A stretch of DNA of 64,000 nucleotides from Leucoraja ocellata. Lineage: Eukaryota. The translations under genes and the position numbers were made by a program. Every line of letters begins with the position of its first letter. The first letter of the stretch is position 1. The stretch covers positions 62,001 to 126,000 of the forward strand of contig JAWMAR010001358.1 in the NCBI GenBank assembly GCA_036785375.1. The letters are read 5' to 3'. Below the pieces are notes generated by a model. It ran no database searches, was not told the origin of the DNA, and saw nothing but the letters and a program-made list of their open reading frames with translations. Positions 29,401 through 44,400 of this stretch are shown piece by piece.

Positions 29401-32400
29401 CAACAATTTGTTTTGCCAAATGTACACAATCACAAAAATATACTTTTGCCTAAAGAAATTCTCTTCTTCTATTTTCCAATTGGTTTTAAAATCCTACAGA
29501 ATTTCATAGCAACTAAAGTTTCACTGGAATTTGTTTTAAACTGTGCAACTAATTATTTGAAAATCAATCTTATTTTCTATCTATAACCCCACTGTCTATT
29601 TTGCAGGTCTTGAATTGTAAAGCACCATCACACCATTGTGATTTGTAGCATTAACTAGAAATGTTTGGTCAAATATTTATTTTGAACTAAGAATTTCCCA
29701 TGAGAATTTGACATGTTATTGAAAGTAACCAGCCCTAATTACAGGAAAAAGTTATTAACTAGCTATGTATGCCTGAAGATTTGATTGTTTTGAACAAGCA
29801 AAATAAAATGTTTAAAGATCCTACGGATAAAGACATTTATTTCAAGTTCTGTATGGTGGATGGAGTTTTCTACTCGGAATTACTCAGTGTTCAGAGAATT
29901 CAGAAGCTATTTTTAACATCATCCAAAACAGAGCTTTGAATCGCATTTGGAAATCTGGAAATTAAGTCTTCCTTAAGCTCTGTCCCAACAATTGTATCTT
30001 TACACAATTCTAAGACGTTAAACAAATAAAGATAATAACTTTTCCATGATTATTACATTATTTGCAAGTGGAGAAAATAATGTTTTACTCATTTCATGCA
30101 ATCGGAATAAAATAATCACCTTCACCAAAAGAGAAAAGATAATTATGATTCCCCTGTTAATATCTATCCTAGAAAGTACCTGTGGGGATACTGGGCAAGA
30201 ACAGGACTAGCTAGTCTATGAAGCTCACTTAGCTCACTCGCTTACAACCACTTTTTATCATAATGCATGAAGAACTCAAAAAGATGGGAAAGCATGATTT
30301 TTCTTCCACAAAACCTTACCTTCAACTTTTCTCAGTGTTCGGCTATAATGTATTCAATAACAACGTCTAACTTATTTCTGTGGCAGATGTTAAGCTAACT
30401 AGTTTGTAGTTTAGACTACAAAGGACATGAATAAGCAATGTTTCAGGTCAGGACCCTTCTTCAGCCTTCTTTGAAATTTCCTTTTTCCTGTCTTTGTCTC
30501 ATTTTGAACTAGCCAAATGGAACATAAAACCCTTTGAGCCTGTCCTACCATTACACATTCACACCTAATTCTAAAGGATAAAAATAAAATATAGAAAATA
30601 TACTGTTATTTGGGATTTTATAATTACATGTATAACAAAGATATTTTAATAAACATTTCCCTCCTCTCTTGCCAAAGTCAGCTACTCACAGAGTATCTTC
30701 CTATCATTGGAGAAGGTTGAGGAGTTTTGGATGGATATGATGGGAAGCTGCTATCATCTTCATTCAAGAAGTCCGGCACGTTTGTGGCATCCAAGCACTT
30801 ATCCTGCCAAATATTTATTTTGGCACGAAGAAGTCCATTGGCCTAAGTGAAAACATTATATAATGGTCATTAGATGGAAATTATCATTTCATTTTCATAA
30901 AAGTACCTCAGAGTACAAGGAAAGGATGGGTTAGTTTATAATTAGTGTAGTGCCACATTCTACCCCTATGCATTTTAATAATTACCATTTCTTAGCCTGC
31001 GCTTCACGGCATAAACTCCGTTCCCTTGTCACCATTTCCATCCTTAGTTATTGTCTGAAGCCGAACCAGATTGCTGGCATATTAGCATTTCGTGTTTGAT
31101 GCAAAATGATATCTCAACCACGCACTTGCTTGAATACCAGACTAATTTCCACCTCCATAATGTTTGGACTCCGATTCTATCATAGGTCATCTATTGCTGA
31201 AAATCTCACTTTGTTAGTTTAGTTTAGAAGTAGCATGGAAGCAGGCCCTTCGGCTGACCGAGACCATGCAGACAACCAATTACCCAATCAGACTAGTTCT
31301 ACGTTATCCCACTTTTTTCATCCACTACCTATACATTAAGGAGTATTTTACAGTTCAGTTTATTTTATCGTCAAATGTACAGTGTAAAGCTTTTGTTGTG
31401 TGCCAATTAACCTACAAACTCGCATGTCTTTGGCTTGTGGAAAAAAACTGGAGCACCCGGAGGAAACGCACGCAGTCACAAAGTCCAAACTCCATACAGA
31501 CATGACTCGAGGACAGGATTGAACCCATGTCTCTGGCGCTGTGATGCAGCAGCTCTATCGGGTATGTTACTGTGCCACCCACAATTCTAGACTTACTTCA
31601 AATGCTCTCATGGTTAGCTACCGATCTTATCAGCTACCGATCTTTTTCTCACAGAGTCTGTGGAATTCTCTGCCTCAGAAGGCGGTGGAGGCAGGTTCTC
31701 TGGATGCTTTCCAGAGCTAGATAAGGCTCTTAAAAATAGCGGAGTTAGGAGATATGGAGAAAAGGTAGGAACGGGGTACTGATTGGGGATGATCAGCCAT
31801 GATCATATTGAATGGCGGTGCTGGCTCGAAGAGCCGAATGGCCTACTCCTGCACCTATCGCAGAATCTCATCTCCCTGGAAATGACATTTGCAACCACAT
31901 ATATTGGCTCTCAATCCAACAATAGTGCTGAAGAAAACATGAATTATGGCTATTTTCAGTTCCTTACAGTAATAATGATTATAATTTTGAACATAATTTT
32001 AATGCTTTCCAATACATATTAACACAGAAAAATTCAATTGTTTCACAATTATTTATATACAGACCTTTTCATGGTAATTGCTTAGGTCTTGGGAAAAAAT
32101 GCAATGCTTGTCCACTAGGAAGCAGAACCGTCTTTTTTCTTCAAGTAATGCCTCTTTGCAGCCATCAGTGATGAACCTCTGAATGTCGCTTTCCCTCGTA
32201 CTGATAGTTGCTAGAAACTGGAAGGAAAAGATCCAAATGTCAATCTGTTCCTTCATAAAATATATAGCAATTTCTACCAGATCACAATTATTCCTTCCTG
32301 GTTTCTCCCAAAATCATGTTCGTAGATTTATTGCCACATTTATTATATCAGAACTACTTTTAATGCAAGTTTATTTGTTTCTAAAACAGTACTCTGAATA

Positions 32401-35400
32401 GTCAAATTGGGCTATATTTCAGAAGCCAAAGATTTTGCGGCGGCACGGTGGCTTAGCGGTAGAGTTGCTGCCTTACAGCGCTTGCAGCGCCGGAGACCCT
32501 GGTTCGATCCAGACTAAGAGTGCTGTCTGTAAGAAGTTTGTACGTTCTCCCTGTGAGTGCGTGGGTTTTCTCCGAAATCTTCGGTTTCCTCCCACATAGA
32601 CATACAGGTTTGTAGATAAATTGACTTGGTATGGGTGTAAATTGTTCCCAGTGTAGGATAGTGTTAATGTACGGGGATCTGTGCGGACTCAGTGGGCTGA
32701 AAGCCCTGTTTCCGCACTGTATCTCTAAACTAATCTAAATTTAAAAATACCCCCAAACTGGCTATTGAAAATGGAACCGTGAAAACACGAGGGATCATGA
32801 GGGATAATCAGAGGCCAATTTCAGATTAAAATATTGCTCTCTCAGGCATAGGAATTCATTAGGAATAAAGACAATTTAATCTGCAGTTATAAACAGAACA
32901 GCAATAATTTAGTGGCTTTACTCAATTATGTTTTTACTTTGTTGTTAATGCATGAAAGATTATCATGTCATACAAAGAGGTCAGAAAAATAGCAGTGAAA
33001 ATTCTACCATACCTCCACACGTTAATTTGGATATGATTTCTAGGCTGTTACTCCTATCTATGATCTATTAATAGAACCAATTTGTAGGCAAGGTGCACAT
33101 TTTCCAGTTCTTGGTTTCTCTTCAAGGACAAATAGATGACAGTGACGCAAATCTGCACCCTCTTTATAAAATGGGCATGTTTCATACATAGATGTTTTAA
33201 ATTAAGCTACACTTCACCAAAATGTGATCAATACGAAGTTATGAACTTAAAAATTCTAAAATGCTGAAATTGTGCTTAATTATCAAAAATATTATACAAG
33301 CATGGTGCAAGATTACATAATAAACAAATTGTTCACCATGCATCTCCTAAATGTACTATCCAAACTCTTGTCTATACAAATAGTAAATCCGTAGAGCTGG
33401 GCAGAATTCAATCAATAGTAATCTGGAAACAATATGCATTAGTTAACTTTATGTCTTGCCATAACGGTAGGGCTTCTGCCCAGGGATAAAGTCACTTGAC
33501 TATTTTAAAATGACAGTCTTAGCATTCATACTAGAGAAAAAAGTATACACATAATATTGAGTGTGCTCAAATTACATTTAGTTTAATAGACACCATTTAC
33601 TAAAAGAAAACAGCTTGAAACATTCATGGAATTGAAAATTTGAGCATTCCCGTTCTAGCTGCAAAAAAATCTCAATAAAATTGCGTCAAAAATGTTTAAC
33701 AAAAAGCTATAGAAATTTGGTAAGATGTGCAATCCTCACTGTCTCAATAAAGAGTAGCTATACTTGGTATCCCTTTGTTTTTGTTCTACTTATTCTCCTG
33801 TTGTGGGCGTTACTGGTAGTTATCGCCCATCCCTAGCTGCGGTTGCAAAAGTGACAATCACACCCTGCATAGTCACCTTCAACATCATCACTACCCCACC
33901 CTTGCCTATACTCATAATTGTGGGTTTCATGGGTGGGGAAGTAAAACATATTAAAATTGATCTTGTGCATTTGGCAAGCCTATCTGGATACAAAGGTAGG
34001 ATGTGAATGAATGGCAATTACAATTACATTCTATGTTGTCATCAAAAATATTCAAATAGATTAGGAAGTAAGCAAACTGAATGCGCAGCATTAAATGAAA
34101 ACAATGACACATATTGGAGGCCGAATTTAAAAAAAAGTTATTTCACACGTTGCTATTCACAAAGAGTTGCATGTTGACAATGTTCATTTACAATGTATAA
34201 TTACAATGCACTATAGAAAAATTCTGAACAAAAAATGTGCACAATTACAGCATTAGAAACTTGCAGGCCAAGAGGATGACATTTGATCTATTGTGCTCTT
34301 TGAATAATAATTTTAATGCAATATACAAGCTTTGTCCCAAACGCTGCAAGTATATTTAGATGAAGTTTATTTCGGAATTTCACTTGGGAGTTAAAGGAAA
34401 GTTTCTGCAATTTTTCACATAGTACACTACAAATCAGAACAATCCCAAATGGAGAAATTAAATAAATAATTTTACCTTTAAACCATTTATCTTGTTATCA
34501 ACTCACAGATGAACCCATTTCTCCCTGTCAATACAATCCTCAATTGGAAACCCCATAATGTTCTCTACTTTAAGGAGAAAAATTACAATTTCTCCCATCT
34601 CACCATGTAATTGAAGGTCTTGTAATTGAAGAAATTGCTGGACAACTCCTTAGACCTTCACTGATATGGTGCACAGTAGTCCAATGGAGCCTTAGCTAGT
34701 GATTAGTGTAGTGCACAACTGCTTTGATTTATTCCCCCAATTTACAAATGAGCACCGAGTGCTGGGGTGGCTCAGTGGGTCAGGCATCATCTCAGGAGGA
34801 TATGGATAGGCGACATTTTGGGACAGGACACTTCAGGAGAAATTCTTCAAAGTAGGCATACCTTAAGGAGATTTTGCTGTGGGACTGTGGAATGTAGAAA
34901 CGAGAAACTGCAGTTGATGGTTTACAAAACACAGAGTGCTGGAGTAACTCAGGCAGCATCTCAGGAGAACATGGATAGGCAGTGATGTTTCTAAAAATGT
35001 CTACTTTGAAGATGTTCTCCTCAGAATGCCTACTTTGAAGTTCTGTTAAAGAACACTCCCGGCTCCAAATGTCACCTTTCTATGTTCTCTAGAGAAGTTG
35101 CCTGACCTGCTGAGTTACTCCAGCACTGTCTTTTGTAAACCAGCATCTGCAGTCCCCTATTTACAAAGCCAAGAACTGTACTTCATAAGATTCAATTGCC
35201 TTATCAATTTGGACTGGTATTTGGAACCATGAAGATGCAACTCCAGATCCTTCTATTTTTATACTGCCCACCTGTGGGTTAGTGGAAGACTTCTCATCCA
35301 AATCAGAAGGTCGTGGATGCAAACTTAAATCCAGTGAACTGCTGCCTTAATACAGCACTTGGGGAGTCCTGCAGTATTGTTGCTCAACTGCTGTCAGGAT

Positions 35401-38400
35401 AATGTAAATAACCTCATTTTGAACAGCAGGGAGATACTCCTCAATCAGTGAATTTTAAAAGAAATTTCTAGTCATTAAATAGCTGTTATAGCCAAGGCTT
35501 CCGTTTATAAATTACCTGTCATATTTCCCTAAACTGAAACATTTAGGAATCATAAGTGATTTTGAAATGTAATCACATCATTGATTACATTTCAAAAGTT
35601 CAAGCCCCTAGGATTTTCTGAAAATGGTGTAAAGGACATCACATGAATGCTTGCTTTTTTTTTCTTCCACAGTGCATCATGTCAAACTTACTCAAAATAA
35701 ATTGCATCTGCTACCTGTTTGCCCATTTCACTGTCAAAGTTCATTTGAGCTCTGATTTATCCTCAGGAGTTACTGTCTTCCTAAGTTTTCCATCACACAT
35801 GCAGGTACTATCACAACATTTAAGAAACATTTGGACAGATACATCGATAGGATAGGTTTAGAAGCTTATTGGCCAAACACAGATGGGTGAGAACAGTGTA
35901 GATGGGGCATGTTGGTTGGCTTGGGTGAGTTGGACTGAAGGGCCTGTTTCCACGCTGTATGACTCTATGACATACTTTAAATTAGTGTTCTTTCTACCTA
36001 TCCAGGTCATTTCTGATGGAATATAGTAACACATCTATTGATTAGCTCTAGCAATGGCAGGTTTGTCACTGAGAGGAGAATTAAGGTCAAATAGTTCTGT
36101 ATTATGTAGATTTCAGAAGAATGAGAGATTTCATTGAAACTTTCTAAATTCTTTAAAGGCCTGGCTCATGAACATGAAACATCCCATCTACTTTTCTCAA
36201 TGATTGTTGCTTTGTCTGAAAATTTCCAATATTTCTAATTATATCAGATTTGCAGTATTTAGCTTTATGCTCAACTCAGAAAGCTGCTTATCAACATAGG
36301 AGAGTGGCCAGAAAAGTGATTACAAAGAAAAGACTGCTTTGATTACAATAAATAATTGCAATACTATAGTGTCAGATGGCTTGTGGTTTCAGGTAGCAAA
36401 CCTATTGTTATTTGCACCACAGATGACTAATGTGAGAATTCCATTGTACCACTACAACACAATTCATATCCGCCTCACATGACAGAATTTTATTCATCCA
36501 GTGTCTGAGAAACACCGGTTCATTCTTCCATTTTCACCATTCACAAGAAATGTATTTTAGTTTTAGTTTAAATCTCAAACTAGTCTGATACCATCCTTAC
36601 TTGATCCCCATACATTTTCCAACATTTTGGTCATCACATACTTCTTTACGTCGGGCATACTTATTTTCAATGTTCATACTGTTGCCCTGACAGAAAATCA
36701 CATGCAATTCATAATTAAAGATTGTACAATGGCAAAGTGCATCGTAGAAATAAACCAGTATTAGTCATGTACGAAAGGAGCAAGACAGAGGAAAGTTAAT
36801 ACATTAGACTAAATAATCGCGGATGAAGATGGGAGAGCATTTCTTGTTAGACATTCAATGATGGACTTAACACCTACCTCCATTTCTTTATTTTCATATT
36901 TGTAAGCATTTTTCGTTCCTTGACTTTTCCTTCGAAGTTTCTTGAGTTCTGCTTGAGACTTTTCCAGGGAATCTAATTTAGTTCTGTGTTCTGTTTGGTA
37001 CTTTTTAAGAGTTGCCTGCAAGAAAATTATTTCAACATATTAATCTGCATGCCTTGAATGGCCAATTTATTATAATATCTTGCAGGGCATTGGCAGAGAA
37101 TTAAAAACTGCTGAAGTTCTTACAGGGATTCTAACCTCAATGCTGGCCTAATTCATCCAACTTAAATTCAGATAAGCACTTAGAGTCATAGAGAGATACA
37201 GTGTGGAAACAGGCCTCTTTGGCCCAACTTGCCCACACCAGCCACACTAGTCCCACCTGCCAGCATTTGGTCCATATACTTCCAAACATGTCCTATTCAT
37301 GTACCTGTCTAACTGCGTCTTAAATGTTGGGATAGTCTCTTCCATTTATTTCAACTTCAGACAGTTATTGCTGATCCTGGCTGTTGTTACCCTTTGTTTT
37401 TCTTATAAAATGATCACATCTGAGAATTAAGTTGTGTAGCACTCCAATAAACAGATGTATCTTCCTTTTTTAAAGAGGATATTCTGAGATAGGTACATGG
37501 ATTGAAGGTTTATATTATTAAAGTATGTTTTAGACTGTTTTTCTGTCATAGTTGTAGTAATAGGAATAGACATAGGAAAAATGAATATGCTCTCTAGCCC
37601 TTTTGTCTATTTAGCCATTCATTAAGATCATGGCTGACCCACCACTTTCCTCCATATCCTTGCTGCCCATGATACCCTGACAACAACAAAACAGGAATCA
37701 CATTTTCCTGAGAGTTCTAAGGGCAAGCTAGGGAACTGCATGTTCAGAGGTCAGCTCCACGTCCAATTGGAAAAAACAAGGACTTATTAGGGACATTGCC
37801 TTGTGCATAGGAAATAACATGTCACAAATTTGATTGTCAAGGTCCCACGTGGTAGACAGGTCTGAAAGGTTAGCTCACTTGAGATCCAGAACGAGTTGGC
37901 CTAGGATCAAGATCAATTGGGAAAGTGGGCAAAGAAAGGGCATTTAACTTGAACGTGCAAAATCATGCATTTGGGAATTTAAATTCGGGCAAACTTACGC
38001 AATGGCAGGGCCCTGTGAAACGTTGTAGGCAGAGACACCCGGGGCACAACTACATGGTTCCCTGAAAGCCTGGGATTGTTTTCCCTGGAGTAAAGGAAGT
38101 GAGGGAGGAGGGGGTGCTTATAGAAGTTTATAAATTCATGAGAGGCATAAATAAGCTGGATGGCCAGTCTCCAGGGATAAGCGAGCCGAATACTAAAGCC
38201 ATTGGTTTAAGATGAGAGGGGAAAGATTAACAGGGAACCTGACAGGCAGGTTTTTCACATGAACGGTGGTGTGTGTATGGAATGAACTGCAAGAGGAAGT
38301 TGCAGAGGTGGTATGTTTATAATGTTTAAAAAGACATTTGGACAGTTTTATGGACAGGAAAGGTTTAGAGGTATTTGCAGGCAAGCCAGACTAGCTCAGG

Positions 38401-41400
38401 TAGGCACTTTGATCAGCTTGGACAGGCTTGCCTGAAGGTCCCATTTCCAAGCTGTATAATTCCATGACTGACAAAATGTTTAGTTGCGCAAGATCAAGTG
38501 TTCACAATGAGTTTGATATTAATTATGTAAACGGTTCCAATTGAATAGATTAGGTACTTACATTCATGTACTTCATATCTTGATCCGTTTTTCTCTCCAA
38601 TTCACCGATTATGTCTTTATGAAATTTCCTAAACTTCAAGATGAAAAAGATATTTCTTAAAGATATAACAAGAAACTACAACAACAGAAGAAAGAAAATT
38701 ACTTAAATAATGCCCAAATATACCTAGGCCTAGAAATTCTAATGCACTGAATTTAGATGAGAGATGGGGAGAGACGATGGGGATCAACAGTGAACAGGCA
38801 AGAGGCTGGTGCAAGTTGTCATCTTCATGGTAAAGGTGAAGAATATGAGGCGATTGGATTGTGAGGCCAGGATTTGAGAGGTCAGCATTGTGGTTGGAGG
38901 GGATGTCAAAAATATGAAAGATAAGTAGCGATGGATCCTCTTGGGATATTGTTTTCCATATTGCACCAAATGTAAAGAGAATGATCAGACAAGGTCCAAA
39001 ACCAATTTTCAATTATAATATGCTATAACTATGCTATGTAATTGAGTTCATGAATTTCTTCCTCTTGAAGATGAATTTATCTAAAAAATTGATTTGGGAT
39101 CCTTTAAATAAGTGCTGATTCTGTGCATGCTCAAAAACAGTTTTGCCTTCCACTCAAGAATCACTAATATTTTATATATCTTTTTTTAATGAAAGGGAAG
39201 GTAAGCATTCTGATCTCAAGTTTTCAAAATAATTTTGCAACTAGACAAAAAGCAATATTTTAGGTTTAACTTGACTCAAATGCAATAATTAAAAAAATTC
39301 TAACGAATAACTTGCAACAACTAAACAACCTTTTCAATTTAGGTCCGAGATCATTAATCAAGAGTTAAGAGTCAAGAGCATGGAGGGAAACAGAATGGAC
39401 ACCATTTATGAAAATTCAACCAGATCATGACTAAAAGAGCTGGACTGAAGCTTGACATCCTCTGAGTGACTCGCCTCCTGATATCCCAACACCTTCCACT
39501 ATATTTAAGGCAAAAGTCAGAGGCACAATATAATGCCCTGTACTTGCCTGGTTGAATGCAACTCTAATAACTTTAAAGAAGCTTGATACCACCGAAGACA
39601 AAGCTGTCAACTTGATAAGCACCTCATCCACCATCTTAACTATTCATTTCCACCACTGGCACACAGGACTGCAGTGTATACCATCAGCACCTGCCAAATC
39701 TATGACATCACCCCCAACGCAAGGGCAGCTAGTTCATAGGAACAACACTACCTTCAATTTCCCTAGGTCTAAGTTCTGGAACTTCCTATCAAATACCACA
39801 ATCGTAAATCTTCATTTCAGAGATCGCAGAGGCTCAGGCATTGATGGGCAATTAGAAAGGTCATGTTTCCTTTCGGCATGTGAAAAAATTGGAGAGGAGT
39901 TGAGGAAATTTTTTTTTACAGTGGTGGTGGTCTGGTACTTGCTGTTAAGATACTTGAAGCGTTGTAACCAAGAGTGGTAGAGCTGGGAAGAACATTTTAT
40001 CTAAATGTTGTATCATTTTGTGCCAGAATTCAATTTGTATTTTAATGTTATCCTTCAGGTTTATAATCAGGTTTATAATCTTGCATAAGATTACAAAGGA
40101 AAAACAATTTCAAACTATTTTGAAAAGCAGTGTTTAACATACATACATTATCTTCCATTTCTAAGTTGAGTTTCTTGTGAGCGTTTGAAATATCCATTAA
40201 GACTTGGCCTATGGGAGCAAATAGAAAATAGATTTACAAAGCTGTTTCATTTATATTTAGAAAAGTACTTGTTTATGATTTCTCCATTGTAAATGTTACT
40301 GAATTCCATGTCCGTCCTATTTTATTTTCTCAATGCTCATCTTACCACATTTCGGGTCTCAACCTGAAATGTCACCTATTCATGTTCTCTGGAGATGCTG
40401 CCCGATTCGCTGAGTTACTACAGAACTTTGTGAACTTTTGTGTATTAACCAGTATCTGCAGTTCCTTATTTCCACAGTTTATGCTTCCTCCAGCTAAGAT
40501 TGAAATCAGAATAGTCATCAATATTGAACTACCTGGTCTACCTAAATATTTTAATGTTAGGGTTTAAAAAAGAAAATCATGCTTTGAAATAGCAAATTTA
40601 TTCCTCAAGTTTCATGTTTGGTAAACCTGAACTTTGTCTTCGAATCTTGAGCTAAACAGAAAAGTGTGGGGGAAAAAAATCTTAAATAGCTACTGTTTTG
40701 TGTTTGGGAATTCATAATTGCATGATTCATATTTGCTCCTTGGCTACACGTGGTATTATATCTACAATACTGGTTCGAAAATGATGGACTTCTTCCAAAG
40801 TCTTCCACAGCAAGCGCAAAACCAGGAGCAATCAAAAAGCAAATAAGATGCAGAAATCTGAAATAAAAATAAAATTTGCTGAAAATACTCAGAGGAATTG
40901 ATTATTTATGAAGGAAGGTTCTGACTGGAGTAGTTGACCTGAAATGTTAACTCACCCCACAGACGCTGCCTGACCTCCTTTTTTTTATTTCAGGCTTCTG
41001 CAAGTTCTTAAAAATATTAAAACATGCTTATTTTCTCACTTTGCCAGTTCTGATGAAAGATTAATGACCTAAAATGTTAGCTTTGATCATCGATCGATCC
41101 CTTTGCCTCACCAGGCACTGCCTGATTCGCTGAGTTCCTCTTGCAGTTTATTTTAGAAGCTAAACAATTTTCTTCAGTTTGACCAGCTCCTTAACCTCCA
41201 GATAGGATAAAAATAAATAATCTTGCCAGGTGCCAACTTTAATATGTAGAATTTTGAATATTAAACTTAAGATCCTAAAGGGCCTGACCCACTGTACAAG
41301 GTAATTCAAGAGCTCTCACGAGTTAAAAAAAAATCAAACTCGTGGTAAGTACGTAGAATGTACGTAGGGGGTAAGTCGGAGCTCGGGACGTCTCCTAGCG

Positions 41401-44400
41401 GTTCGTAACGCTAACGGCAGGTACCTGGGAAATGCGGTAAGCTCGTGAAGATTTTTCAACATGTTGAAAAATGTCCACGAGAGCCCCGAGTACCTACGAG
41501 CGGCTATTACCGTAATTCTCCGAGTTCGAATCGGGGGAAACTCGGGAGAACTCTTGAATTATCTCGTACAGTGGGACAGGCCCTTTACAAGCTAAACCTA
41601 AAATCCCAGAAGAGCTTGTCTCCAGTATTTATTCAATGTTGAAAATTTAAACATGCCAATATATTTGTCAATAGATAATTTGCAAAGGAAACTTAATTTC
41701 ATTATTGTGTTGAAATAATTTTTTTGCCAACCAGAGTAATCTCCTGCAATTATCTAATTCATAGTCGAAGTTATGGTTATAGTTTTGCAAGACACTCCCT
41801 AAAGCAATCTTATCTGTCTGCCTAGCAACCAAAAAATGAATAAAAGCAAACATCAATATTTGTCCAATGAGCATCAATGACAGGTTCTAGCAGAAGGTGG
41901 GAAGATTTTATGGTGGGAGGAAGTGGAGCACAATGATTGCATGTGTTTGTGACGTTGTATATTATATGACAATGCTGAAGAGGAGCATTGTTTGTTTAAA
42001 GAATTTGATTATTCTGAGAAATTAAATACAATATATTTATTAGCTTTTGGGATGTAAAACACTTTTTTTCCTGAACCCTGCCAAGTCAGGATTTCCTGCT
42101 GACAGAGATCATGTTGCCTACCCAAAAGACATGAACATTGGATTTTCCAATTCATATAACTACAAAACCCTCCCTCTCTCCCTTCTTCCCCAAACCACCT
42201 CCCCTCCCCGTGCTCCACCTGGACGCACCTATTTCTCCCCTCCCTCCTACATTCCTTCCTCTAGCTTCACAGTACCCAACTCTTCAATCCTTTTGTCTCA
42301 CACCTGTCTTTTCATATCTGGCCTATATCCAACCATCTGCCTATCAACACCCCCCCCCTCCCCCACCCTTACTCTCTGTATCAATCTATGACATGTCAGG
42401 CTTTGTCCTACCCTTTGTCACCATTTTTTCCCCCTCCCCCACAATCAGTTTGATGAAGGGTCATGACCCAAATCGTCACCTATCCATGTTCTCTGGTGAT
42501 GCTGCCTGACTAGCTGTTTTATTTTCACGTTGCTAGTCATTTGGCATTAACTTTTCTTGTATCACAGCTGTAACTTGAAAAAGCTGAAGAATGTGGGCTG
42601 CCACTAGGGTTGCTAACTTTCTCACTCCCAAATAAGGAACAAAAGGTCAAAATAAGGGACAAATTCCAGACAGTAATTTGTTGACCGACTCGGCCATGGC
42701 TAGGTGAATGGTGAGTTGGCCTGGGTGCTGAACTGCACACAAAGCCCAGCCGGCGGGCCGGCTCAGTTTTGGCCCGGACGCCGGACTTTGCGCGTGACGT
42801 TACGCGCAAAGTCCTGCACCCCATCCAACTCATGAACCGATGATCAGCAATGAGAAGGAGGGGTGGTGGTGTCAGCGGTAATCAAAGGTCGGACTGCTGG
42901 CCGGGCTGCCGACTGACAGGGCCCACAAGCGAGGCGCTGCTGCTCCACTCCATGGGCTGCACTACGTTGGGACAGGTGAGGCGGGGCCGGACAAGGCGCT
43001 CCGATCCAACAGTACCCTCGACCAGATTAGTAACAGGTAAACCAATTTAGTCCAATATACAGGATAATACGGCTAATACGGGACAGTTGGCAAACCTAGC
43101 TGCCACCCTTTGGTGACATGTCAAGGTTAGGCATGTAGGTCTCAATTCAGATGAAAATACCAACTATCTGCAAACATTTCCATACTTGTTCAAGGAATGG
43201 AGCAATCCTTTTTTTTGTCCAAATTCTTGACATGTTGGTTGCAGCAATTTATAACCCAATTACATGCATAATTCACAATACTATGAATTTCATCAATATT
43301 TACTGGTAAACCATAAACTGAGGATAAGAGGATCTGTTTCAATTGTAATGCAATTGGAAGTTCTGGGAAAAATAAGGTAATCTCACAACTATGCTTCAGT
43401 TGCTGCTTCTGACCTGTCATTGGTAACAATGTTACCTCTAAACATTGTTAAAAGGAAAGAATACCATTAAATCTTTTGACCTCTAGAATATTTAATTTAT
43501 TAAATGTTGTAAGATTATGTTACTGTTTATCCAGCTTCAGGTTCATCAATATATCCCCTCCAAAAAAGCTTGGAAATCACCCAATTAAAAAATGCAATGA
43601 TATGCAAACCTAAATTATAACAGCCAGCTTGTCACCGCCAACATGCATTTGATATTGAAGCAAATATATTTTATCTTGAGAAAAGGTATTCTAGCAAATA
43701 GGAGTAGTCATTATCAATAATTCCGAAGTTTATTGTCTGAAGACATGTCCCGATGATAGACTGTTACTTCCCCCACCAAAATGTTTTTTGCTAATTATTC
43801 TTTCAAAAATAAGTTTGCAGGTCAAGAGGAATATAGTGATTGCATTCCATTGGTCTGGATATTGGTCTGGAGAAGATTGAATTGAACATATAAAAAAATC
43901 AGCAGGAATAAGCCATCTGCCATTCAGTTAAGATTGTGACTGCTCCGATTGTAACCTTCACTTTGCATTTCCCGATTTCTAGAATTTTAATTTTAGACTC
44001 GTTGGGAAGTCGTGCTCTGCAAGATTACTACCTTGGATGTCTATTTGAACAAAGTGGCAGTGAAGGAAATGATCATTTTTATTTCCTCTTTTGCATAAAA
44101 AGATCAATATTAACAAATGGAAACAAAAAAGGTCACTGCTCATTTAGCATTTAACCGTTCATTTCTTTAACATAGAGCGAGATGATAAATGAACAGCAAA
44201 TAACAAACAGTAAAGAGAACCGGGGCATTACTCTAGCACTGCACAACTAATTCTACAAAAAAACTCAATTATATGAATAGTTTGTTTGCTGGATACCATG
44301 GAGAAAAATGAGTGCAACATTTTCACAAGTGTACTTGTTTGGGTAATTATTCAATAAAGATGGTAGCTAATTAAAAACATATGGAAAGCACTTTGATTGT

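Noticed and set aside
32437-32515. tRNA gene
   Set aside because: The A and B boxes continue into the V domain and CR1 tail, so this is a SINE head rather than a cloverleaf tRNA.
38770-39000. Possible Penelope RT N-terminal remnant (..PIVS) on the minus strand; also ORFs 33764-34017 and 26890-27258
   Set aside because: Similarity is too weak to call without a search.
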